Positions 34,100-42,104 of a stretch of DNA of 52,776 nt are shown in pieces. The notes under the pieces were generated by a model that saw nothing but the letters and a program-made list of their open reading frames with translations, did no database searches and was not told where the DNA came from. The position numbers and the translations under genes are program-made. Position 1 is the first letter of the stretch. Each line of letters begins with the position of its first letter. This stretch comes from Candidatus Parcubacteria bacterium (GTDB lineage Bacteria > Patescibacteriota > Minisyncoccia > JACPXH01), in NCBI GenBank assembly GCA_016196625.1, contig JACPXH010000017.1, positions 1 to 52,776 on the forward strand, read 5' to 3'.

Positions 34100-35872
34100 G
34101 TGGTTCCGATGGCGGCATACGGTTTACTCCCCCTGATGAGAAAACTGCGGCGGCATTTTTTTATTCCTTTGGGTGCGGCGGCTGCGCTCGTTGCGGCGTC
34201 GTGGCTTTCGCAGAAGCAATATTTTACGCGGGTGGCAGACCTTGTGTCTGCGCCAGGCATCGCGCACCCGCTGTCACTGATTTCCACCCAGCGCATGGTT
34301 GTGGCCCACCTGGCACTGATTCTAGCGGTCGTGGCTGCAGCAGTTTATTACTGTTTCGACCGGAGCGATTTGGGTGTGCTCTACCGCGGGAGCGTCGAAC
34401 GGTTTTTCAATAAATTTTGGCCGTTCGGACTCATACTTTTAGCGTTTTTACTGTACCACCCTGGGTTACCCCTCGACCCGCATCATTATCATTATTTTCT
34501 GGGTGCGGTAAATGATATTTATCAGGGGAAGGGATTGCTGTATGAAACCTCCCACCTCTACGGGCTTTTTGACGTGTATTTTTTGGCCCTGCTGTTCAAA
34601 GTCATTCCGTTTTCTTACCCGATGTTTGCGGCGGTGATCACCGCGGCTTATTTTTTGTTTTTTTGTGGCATTTTTGTTTTCCTGCGTCGATGGCTAAACT
34701 CCTATACACTCTCGACTTTGGGGGTGAGTATTATCGTCCCGATGCTTTATTTCATTCGCACCAGCGATACTCAATCAGCCTTGTTCTTGCCCGCCTTGAG
34801 TCCATTGCGGTGGGGGTTGTACCTGCCCGTCCTGTTTTCTGTTTTGGCGTACGCCAGAAGTGGTAAGAGGAAATTTGCACATTTGGCCATGGTAATTTCT
34901 GCTGCTGCCGTTTTTTGGAATTTTGACACAGGCATATTTTTGAGCTTGGCGACCTTGGCAACTTTCATGTACCAGGAGCTTAATCCCGGCTGGAATATCC
35001 GGGAGGCCGGCAAGATTCTACTCCATTTTTTCCTTTATGGCCTATCGCTTTTTGCCCTCACTAGTCTCATCAACCGGGGGGTCTATGGATCCTGGCCGCA
35101 CTGGTCACTGTTTTTGCGCGAGAGCAAAGACTTCGTCTTGGGTGCCGCGATGCACCCGCTCCCGCCGTTAGGCTTGTATCAGATCATTTTCTATACTTAT
35201 CTGCTCTCCTTGGCCGTGATTTTTTATAAGCTTGTCGGTCGAAAGACCGTTGATCTGCCTTTGGTTTTTCTTTCCGTCTACGGAGTTTTTTCTATGGTTC
35301 ATTACATTGGCGAATCCACCGGGCAGATTTTTTCCGCCGTGACCGCGCCTTTTGTTTTGATCATTTTGTACGCTGTAGATAACTTTTGGAAAGAAAATTA
35401 TCAGCCTGCGTATGAGCGATTGGTGGCCACGGGTTTGGCCTGCTTGGTTTTTATGGCAGCGTTTTTAGCAATTTTTAAATTGCCGGTAGAATTCAGCACC
35501 CGGCACTATACCCAGGCCGGAGAAAGTCTGTTCAACGTAAGGGCCGAAGAGCTTGATACGTATTATGATGCGAAATATTTACAGGCACATTATCAGCAAA
35601 AGCGCTTGCCGATAATTTCCCTCAACGACACAAAACTTTTGACATACTCAAAAAAAGCTAATTATTTTGATTTCTACTATATTTTTACGATCTATTTTCG
35701 TTCCCAGATGCAGAAATATATTGACCAGGCCAGAAGCGAAAAACCGGCTATGCTCATAGTCGGTAGGAATAACTATCGAAACGACCAGGTGGAGTACTTC
35801 TCTGCTGGCGTGCAGGACTTATATGCTGTCAGTGAGTCGCTGAAAACCGTGGATGTTTATACCTTGCGTTAG
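34100..35872 (+). CDS. Large polytopic membrane protein, unassigned family (paralog 3; N-terminus possibly disrupted)
   Basis: 590 aa from GTG 34100, the first usable start. HPGLPLDPHHYHYFLGAVNDIYQGKGLLYETSHLYGLFDVY, LPVEFSTRHY, NDQVEYFSAGVQDLYAVSESLKTVDVYTLR match paralog 1 at about 45-50% identity in the segments I aligned by eye. Confidence 0.7.
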   Translation: MVPMAAYGLLPLMRKLRRHFFIPLGAAAALVAASWLSQKQYFTRVADLVSAPGIAHPLSLISTQRMVVAHLALILAVVAAAVYYCFDRSDLGVLYRGSVERFFNKFWPFGLILLAFLLYHPGLPLDPHHYHYFLGAVNDIYQGKGLLYETSHLYGLFDVYFLALLFKVIPFSYPMFAAVITAAYFLFFCGIFVFLRRWLNSYTLSTLGVSIIVPMLYFIRTSDTQSALFLPALSPLRWGLYLPVLFSVLAYARSGKRKFAHLAMVISAAAVFWNFDTGIFLSLATLATFMYQELNPGWNIREAGKILLHFFLYGLSLFALTSLINRGVYGSWPHWSLFLRESKDFVLGAAMHPLPPLGLYQIIFYTYLLSLAVIFYKLVGRKTVDLPLVFLSVYGVFSMVHYIGESTGQIFSAVTAPFVLIILYAVDNFWKENYQPAYERLVATGLACLVFMAAFLAIFKLPVEFSTRHYTQAGESLFNVRAEELDTYYDAKYLQAHYQQKRLPIISLNDTKLLTYSKKANYFDFYYIFTIYFRSQMQKYIDQARSEKPAMLIVGRNNYRNDQVEYFSAGVQDLYAVSESLKTVDVYTLR

Positions 35873-36039
35873 CGGTTTTTGCCGGCTGATGGCATCCAGA
35901 CGGTGTATCACATAAGGACAGACGCCGAGGCTAGATTCTCGGATGGGATGAGGTTAATGGTTGCGCGCCGGCGTTTCACCTCGGCCGCTACCAATTTCGC
36001 TACCTTAGGATCAGTTTTGTTAATGTGGCGAAGTTGCAT

Positions 36040-37251
36040 TCATTTGTCGCGCAAATAGGCGTCGAATACGGAAATCATGTAATCAAGGTGTGCCTCGGTC
36101 AATCCATGATGGCAGCCGATGAGGAAGGATCGTTCAAGTATCATATCCGCGCCCGTGAGTGGCCCGGCGATTCGTTTGCGAATGCGCCGATACGCGGGGT
36201 GGCGCAGGATGTTGCCCGAGAATAGCAGACGCGTTTGGATGTTGTGTTGTTCAAGATAGGCGAGCAGATGGCGGCGTTCAATGGGTGATGTTTCTCGAAT
36301 GGTGAGCGGGAAGGCGAGCCAGTACGCATGCGAGCCAGGACTCGTTTTAGGCAAAATGAAGTGCTGTTCGTAGCGGCGGAAGAATTCGAGGAGCCGCGCA
36401 AAATTGTGTTCGCGGACCTTGTTAAAACGCGCGAGCTTCTCGAGTTGTACGAGCCCAAAGGCGGCCTGCATCTCCACTCCCTTGAAGTTGTAGCCGATGG
36501 CAACGAACGTGAAGCGACCGTCAAAAGAAACGTTACCTATCCGAAAACCAAAACGCTGTCGAATGTTCCGGTCGTCCTTTTCTGGTAGTGCCCGGCCCCA
36601 GCCCGTGAGTACCCTCGCTTCGTTGAGTTGCGCGGCGTTATCGGTCAGGACCATTCCGCCTCCGCCGCCGCTCGTCATGTGATGTCCGGCGTAGAAGCTC
36701 GTCGTCGTGATGTCTGACCATTGGCCGGTGGGTTTACCTCGGAAGGTGTTGCCGATCGTATCGCAGCTATCTTCGATCAAGATGAGGTGGTGTTTGTCGC
36801 AGATGGCGCGTAGCCGCACCATGTCGTTCAAATTCCCCAAGAGGTGGGAGACCATGATCGCCCGCGTGCGCTTTGAGATTGCGGCCTCGATCTGATCGAG
36901 GTTTGCTTGGTAGGTGCCGACGTGTGAGTCCACAAATACGGGCATGTGGCCGTGTTGGATGATGGGGCTAAGGGTAGTGGGAAATGTGCAGGCTTGCGTG
37001 ATGATCTCGGAGCCCTTTGGGAGATTCGCAATTTCAACCGCAAAGAAATTTGCCGATGAGCCCGAATTTAAAAAGAGCGCGTGGCGTTTGCCGAACCGCG
37101 TAGCTACCTTTTTCTCGAAGGCGGCAGTGTATTCGCCCGGCCCCAGCCATCCGGCTTTGAGGCACTTGACCACCGCCGCTATCTCTTCTCGGCCGTAGAC
37201 GGCCTTCGCATAGAGGATCCGTCCCAAGCCGCGTTTTGATTTGATTTTCAT
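36040..37251 (-). CDS. RfbH/E1 (DdhC)-like PMP-dependent NDP-4-keto-6-deoxyhexose 3-dehydratase, DegT family
   Basis: LNSGSSANFFAV. The active-site region SFYAGHHMTSGGGGG has His where DegT aminotransferases have the Schiff-base Lys, as in E1/ColD. The WGR... region lacks the C-x-C-x7-C cysteines. Start taken at ATG 37251; ORF-track TTG 37266 is the alternative. Confidence 0.75.
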   Translation of the reverse strand: MKIKSKRGLGRILYAKAVYGREEIAAVVKCLKAGWLGPGEYTAAFEKKVATRFGKRHALFLNSGSSANFFAVEIANLPKGSEIITQACTFPTTLSPIIQHGHMPVFVDSHVGTYQANLDQIEAAISKRTRAIMVSHLLGNLNDMVRLRAICDKHHLILIEDSCDTIGNTFRGKPTGQWSDITTTSFYAGHHMTSGGGGGMVLTDNAAQLNEARVLTGWGRALPEKDDRNIRQRFGFRIGNVSFDGRFTFVAIGYNFKGVEMQAAFGLVQLEKLARFNKVREHNFARLLEFFRRYEQHFILPKTSPGSHAYWLAFPLTIRETSPIERRHLLAYLEQHNIQTRLLFSGNILRHPAYRRIRKRIAGPLTGADMILERSFLIGCHHGLTEAHLDYMISVFDAYLRDK

Positions 37252-37343
37252 GTGGAGTCGTGTCAAGATTCCCGTACCTGCAAGTATACCCCGCGAGAAA
37301 GCCTTGGAGTACCCTCGGGGCGTTGTGCGGCGAATCTATCTCA

Positions 37344-38438
37344 ATGACCTATCCAAATCGTAGTATGGGAGTCCTCGATCCCATCGTAGAGGAAGACATC
37401 CGCTGCATTCTCGCCTCATCCGGAGATCTGGTGCGGGAGTTGTCAGGATCCTCAATTCTCATCGCCGGGGCGAACGGTTTTTTGGGCTCCTATCTGGTGG
37501 ATACGATCGTCGCGGCGAACCAGCGTTTGATGCCCTCAACACCGGCAACGGTGATTGCGCTGAGTCGTACGTCGCCAGAAAAGATTACGGGTTTTCGCCA
37601 TCTTTTGCAAGATCCTCACGTAACATTCATCACGGGAGACATCACCCAGCCGGTTGCGTTGCCGTCACGCGTTGATTACGTTGTCCACGCGGCTTCGAAA
37701 GCTTCACCGAAAGCGTGGGCAGCGCATCCGATTGAGACCGCTGACGCGAATACAGTAGGGACGCGGCGGCTCCTCGAGCTGGCGTATGCGAACCGTGCGA
37801 AGGGACTTCTATTCATTAGCTCTGCTCAAGTGTATGGCGATGCGGGAGCAGCGTTCGATCTCATCCCAGAGGACTTTGGCGGTACGGTAAGTCCACTCAA
37901 CCTTCGGGCTGCGTACCATGAGGCGAAGCGCTTCGGAGAGACGCTCTGCTACCTTTTTCATCACGTCCATCACGTACCGGCGAAAATCGCGAGGCCGTTT
38001 TCGGTCTACGGCCCGCGTCTTTCATTGAACGATGGCAAGATCGTACCCGAGTTCATGCGCCGCGGTTTTGCCGGAGAAGATCTTCCGGTGTTTGGGGAGG
38101 GAGGAGCGGTCCATGCGTTTAGCTACGTGACGGATGCGATTGACGGGCTTTTGCGGGTGTTGCTGCATGGAGCGCCGGGCGAGGCGTATAACATTGGCAG
38201 TAACGAAGAGATTACGGTTCGAGACTTGGCACAACTATTCGCAGAGCTCTTTCCGGGAGTCGTCATCAAGAGCGTTCCTGCTGGGCCAGCCCCTCGCGAG
38301 CCGAGATTAGTTCCCGATCTCGGCAAGATCCAGAAACTCGGTTACCACCCCTGTATTTCCTTGCGAGAGGGCTTAACCAGATTCAAAGAGTGGCATCGTT
38401 TATACGGCGGCGAGTTGCTGAAAGGGGACGACACCTAG
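37344..38438 (+). CDS. NAD-dependent epimerase/dehydratase (extended SDR)
   Basis: From ATG 37344: ILIAGANGFLGSYLVDTI (GxxGxxG), VVHAASKASP, YHEAKRFGETL (YxxxK). About 45-aa N-terminal extension before the Rossmann motif. Confidence 0.75.
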   Translation: MTYPNRSMGVLDPIVEEDIRCILASSGDLVRELSGSSILIAGANGFLGSYLVDTIVAANQRLMPSTPATVIALSRTSPEKITGFRHLLQDPHVTFITGDITQPVALPSRVDYVVHAASKASPKAWAAHPIETADANTVGTRRLLELAYANRAKGLLFISSAQVYGDAGAAFDLIPEDFGGTVSPLNLRAAYHEAKRFGETLCYLFHHVHHVPAKIARPFSVYGPRLSLNDGKIVPEFMRRGFAGEDLPVFGEGGAVHAFSYVTDAIDGLLRVLLHGAPGEAYNIGSNEEITVRDLAQLFAELFPGVVIKSVPAGPAPREPRLVPDLGKIQKLGYHPCISLREGLTRFKEWHRLYGGELLKGDDT

Positions 38439-38456
38439 CTTGCATCAATTACTGCC

Positions 38457-39353
38457 ATGCAGAAACAAAAAATACTGATCACCGGAGGGTCGGGGATGCT
38501 TGGTTCTGCATTCACGGAGTTCCTTCGTGGGGAAAACTATAGTGTTAGGCCTCTCGCGCATACCGATCTCGACGTGCGAGACCGGGCGCGGGTGTTCGAG
38601 GAAGCGGCATTCGCGCCGGATGTGGTGATCCATACCGCAGGGATTGTCAACGCTGACTACTGCGAAGAACACAGAGACGAGTGTTTCGCCAGTCACGTCG
38701 GCGGCACCGAAAACATTATTGAACTGTGCCGCAGAACCGGTGCTCAGCTTCTCTACCCCCAAACATTTCTCATTTTTGACGGCACCGAAGTACCCGCCAC
38801 CGAAGAGACTTCTCCTCGTCCGCTTTCAGTGTACGGCGAGGCAAAGTGGCGCGCAGAGCAAATGGTGCGTGAGCGTCTGCCGGAGGCACTTATTGTGCGT
38901 ATGGGGGGGTTCTTCGGCGGCTACGAAAAAGACAAGAATTTCGTAGGCAAGTTTGCGTATCTCCTCAAGAAAAGTGTTGCGCAAGGCCAGAAATCTCTGC
39001 AAGGCATCGAGCGCGTATGGCAGCCGACATTTACGGAAGAACTCGCGCGCAATTGCACGCAGCTTATAGAACAGCACGCCACGGGCGTTTACCATATGGC
39101 AAGTCATGGGTCGGCCTCTTTCTTTGATGTCGCCCGGGCCATGGTTGAAATTTTTGGTCTTGAGAAACGCATCGAAATCGAAAAAGTTCCTTCTCATTAC
39201 TTTGAAGAAAAATGCCGGCGGCCGGAAAACGGCACGATGGAGAACAAATGCCTTCAAGCAGAAGGCCGTGACCAGATGTCCCATTGGCGGCTAGCGCTGG
39301 AGGAGTATCTCCGGCGTCCTTACTTTCAGAATTTGTTTGCCGGACTCGTATGA
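38457..39353 (+). CDS. RmlD-like NDP-4-keto-sugar reductase (dTDP-4-dehydrorhamnose reductase family)
   Basis: 298 aa. KILITGGSGMLGSAF, DVVIHTAG, YGEAKWRAEQMV (YxxxK). Size and layout match RmlD-type reductases. Confidence 0.75.
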   Translation: MQKQKILITGGSGMLGSAFTEFLRGENYSVRPLAHTDLDVRDRARVFEEAAFAPDVVIHTAGIVNADYCEEHRDECFASHVGGTENIIELCRRTGAQLLYPQTFLIFDGTEVPATEETSPRPLSVYGEAKWRAEQMVRERLPEALIVRMGGFFGGYEKDKNFVGKFAYLLKKSVAQGQKSLQGIERVWQPTFTEELARNCTQLIEQHATGVYHMASHGSASFFDVARAMVEIFGLEKRIEIEKVPSHYFEEKCRRPENGTMENKCLQAEGRDQMSHWRLALEEYLRRPYFQNLFAGLV

Positions 39354-40393
39354 CGAAGTATTTATTTTTGGAGCCATTTGAGAAAGAAGGTCTTTCTCTG
39401 AAAAATCGTCTGGTCATGACGGCCATGACCCGGGAGTTTGCCGATGAAAACCATTGCCCCACAGACGAAATGCGCGCGTATTATGAGCGGCGTGCCGCTC
39501 ACGGCATAGGCCTCATTCTTTCCGAGGGCACCATTGTTCATCCGAGCGGGGACGGGTATCCTACGGTGCCGTATATGTATACGGACGAGCACGTAGCAGA
39601 GTGGAGCAAAGTCGTTGCCGCGGTGCAGGCGCACGGCGCAAAAATGTTCTGCCAGCTCTGGCACTGTGGTCGCATCTCGCACCCGGATTATTTGAATGGT
39701 GCTCTGCCGGTGTCGTCATCAGCAATCGCGCCAGAGGGCAATCATAGCCGGCTGAAAAAACCTTTTGTTACGCCGCGGGCGCTCGAAACGCAAGAAATTC
39801 CGGAGATTGTAGAGATGTTTGTCCGAGCTGCCCAACAGGCGCTGAGCGCCGGATTTGACGGCGTGGAAATACACGCTGGCCACGGGTATCTCATCGATCA
39901 ATTCTTTGACAGCCGCGTCAATCACCGTACCGATCAATATGGCGGCTCGGTTGAAAATCGGTGCCGGTTTGCGCTCATGATACTAAAAAGAGTTCTCGAA
40001 GTTGCAGGGCCCACGCGAACAAGCGCGCGCATTTCCCCGTCGCGCGAGATGAATGGCCTCTACGAGTGGCCTGATCTTGAAGCCATGCTGGATTATTTAA
40101 TTCCTGAACTAGATGCGGCGGGTGTGCGGATATTGGACGTGAGCTGTGCTCGGAGCGATTACGCACAGACCTCGGGCAGGATGGTGCGGCTTATCAGGCC
40201 TAGGTGGCCGCACATACTCATGGCCGGCGCAAGTTTGTCTCCCGAAACGGCCGACAAAGAAATCAGGGATGGCGTGATTGATCTCGTTACCTATGGCCGA
40301 TATATTCTGGCCAACCCCGATTTCATCGAGAAAATCACGCGCGGGGAACATTTGATCCCGTACGATAGCGAGATGTTGAAGACGATGTATTAG
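39350..40393 (+). CDS. Old Yellow Enzyme family NAD(P)H:flavin oxidoreductase
   Basis: ATGA overlap with the upstream stop. LKNRLVMTAMTR, QLWHCGR, GFDGVEIHAGHGYLIDQFFDSRVNHRTDQYGGSVENRCRF: canonical OYE/NemA-type blocks. Confidence 0.8.
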   Translation: MTKYLFLEPFEKEGLSLKNRLVMTAMTREFADENHCPTDEMRAYYERRAAHGIGLILSEGTIVHPSGDGYPTVPYMYTDEHVAEWSKVVAAVQAHGAKMFCQLWHCGRISHPDYLNGALPVSSSAIAPEGNHSRLKKPFVTPRALETQEIPEIVEMFVRAAQQALSAGFDGVEIHAGHGYLIDQFFDSRVNHRTDQYGGSVENRCRFALMILKRVLEVAGPTRTSARISPSREMNGLYEWPDLEAMLDYLIPELDAAGVRILDVSCARSDYAQTSGRMVRLIRPRWPHILMAGASLSPETADKEIRDGVIDLVTYGRYILANPDFIEKITRGEHLIPYDSEMLKTMY

Positions 40394-40430
40394 ATCGCGT
40401 GCCCTACTCGCAGTCTAAGTCGAGAAGAGG

Positions 40431-40455
40431 CGCCCCCGCGCGATGCGCGGGGGCG
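40431..40455. terminator. GC-rich hairpin between convergent genes
   Basis: CGCCCCCGCGC-GAT-GCGCGGGGGCG: 11-bp perfect stem between stop 40393 (+) and stop 40479 (-). On the minus strand it is followed by CCTCTTCTCG. Confidence 0.55.
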
Positions 40456-40478
40456 TCAGTCGGAAAGAAAGAGCGTTC

Positions 40479-42104
40479 CTAGTCAACCGGAGCGAGCATT
40501 GGCTCCGGTAGCAAGTCTGAGTTATACACCACTTGGTCGTAGAGGTGGTGACGTGTGGTGGTGCTCAAGGTACGAAGCGTGAGGTCGTCTTGGGCGAAGA
40601 AGCGCTTCGCGAGCTTCTCGCCGCGGGGGAGCTGTGCAAAGTATGGCCATAGCGCCTCGAAGGTTTCGGCTCGATGGGCGCTCAATTCCCCAAGCGCTGC
40701 CCGCAACGCCGCTTTGCGCGTAGTGCGCTCGACGGTTTCCCCAAGTGCGGCCAGATGTTCGATGGTCATCCGTCCGAGGGCAGCGAAGCTGAAGTCGCCC
40801 GTCCGCAGATACCGCTCCGCCAGCTCATCTCCGCGCGGCACATGGCCAAAGAAGTTGAAGAGCGCCTGGAGCACCACGGTTTGATCGCGGTAGCGCTCGT
40901 TCTCTTCGTGGCTGAATGGTCGGCGCGCAGGGTTTGGCTTGGTGGGGTCGGTTTGGTAGCGGTCGTTCCAGTAGAACGTGAGCACGCTCCGATCAAAGAA
41001 GGTCTCGGAGAGGTCGTCGTTATTGCCTCCGTAGTAGCCCCACCGGACCGCAAGCTCTCCCAGCGTAGTGCCGCGGTAAGGGGCGAAGATGGAACTCCAC
41101 GCCATATCGGGCCTGATCGCGACGTTGAGCCGCAGTGTCGCAAGGTTCAAGTCGAGATCGCTCGTCGGGAGCGCCATGATCTGTTCAGTGCGCAGGCGCA
41201 ACCCCGCCGCCTTAATCTTGGCGCATCCCTCGACGATCTCATCGTTCGTCATGCCGTCGCGGTCCAGGATGTGCTTGCGCACCCACGGGTCGGCCGATTC
41301 GATGGCGGTCGTAAGCCCGCAGCAACCTCCTTCCTTGAACAGCTTGAGCCGGCGCGGGTCGCGCGTGAGCTCGAGTCGGATTTGGGCGTGCCACGGAATT
41401 CGAACCCGATCTCGGTACTGGCGGACGAACTCTTCCAGCCAGGGGATGTTGAAGCCGAACACGTCGTCCTGAAAGAAGATGAGACGGGTCGGCCAGCGCC
41501 GGCGGATTTCTTCGAGCTCGGCGATGACGGCTTCAACCGGTCGGGCAACCAACTTGAAGCCGCCATAGAGCTGTAAGAACTGCACGTTGTAGCAGTACGT
41601 GCAGCCCCATGGGCAACCTAGCGCCGTGATCGAGTTTTTGATGGGGTTGTCTCGGTGCCGCGGGTATTCGTCGTAGAAGGTCGCTCGGTCCGGACAGGGG
41701 AATCCCTCCCGAAGGAGTTTCTCGTCGAAGAATACCCCAGTGGATGCCGTCCCTCCCAAGATGTGCCGGAACCCCGTGAACCCCTCCCCCCGGACTACGT
41801 GCCGGGCGTATTGGGCGGCGTCTTCGGCAAAGTAGGTGGCGTGCGGTCCGCCCATGGCCGTCGTAATACCCATGGCGTTGAGGCGCTTCATCGCTTCGTA
41901 GACGGGTTTGTGCGCGCCGCTATAGACGTTGAAGCCAACCAGGTCCGGCCGGAATTCTTCAACGCGTTCAAACAGCGGCCGGAAGTCAAAATCTCTGACC
42001 AGCACGATGCGGGTCTGATGGCCGAGCTTTTTGGCGAGCCCGGCCAGGTAGATGAGTCCTAGGGGTTCGATGATCGAGTAGGCGGCCGCGAGCAATATGC
42101 GCAT
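40479..42104 (-). CDS. B12-binding-domain radical SAM enzyme (class B rSAM)
   Basis: 541 aa. N-terminal Rossmann-like B12-binding-type domain (MRILLAAAYSIIEPLGLIYLAG...DLVGFNVYSG). Radical SAM motif CPWGCTYC (CxxxCxxC). Long C-terminal extension. Confidence 0.8.
   Translation of the reverse strand: MRILLAAAYSIIEPLGLIYLAGLAKKLGHQTRIVLVRDFDFRPLFERVEEFRPDLVGFNVYSGAHKPVYEAMKRLNAMGITTAMGGPHATYFAEDAAQYARHVVRGEGFTGFRHILGGTASTGVFFDEKLLREGFPCPDRATFYDEYPRHRDNPIKNSITALGCPWGCTYCYNVQFLQLYGGFKLVARPVEAVIAELEEIRRRWPTRLIFFQDDVFGFNIPWLEEFVRQYRDRVRIPWHAQIRLELTRDPRRLKLFKEGGCCGLTTAIESADPWVRKHILDRDGMTNDEIVEGCAKIKAAGLRLRTEQIMALPTSDLDLNLATLRLNVAIRPDMAWSSIFAPYRGTTLGELAVRWGYYGGNNDDLSETFFDRSVLTFYWNDRYQTDPTKPNPARRPFSHEENERYRDQTVVLQALFNFFGHVPRGDELAERYLRTGDFSFAALGRMTIEHLAALGETVERTTRKAALRAALGELSAHRAETFEALWPYFAQLPRGEKLAKRFFAQDDLTLRTLSTTTRHHLYDQVVYNSDLLPEPMLAPVD

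Noticed and set aside
30909-36039. Mobile-element hallmarks (integrase, transposase, terminal inverted or direct repeats, tRNA target) at the borders of the low-G+C insert.
   Set aside because: None could be found by eye at either border, so the insert is reported only as a compositional anomaly and not as a mobile element.
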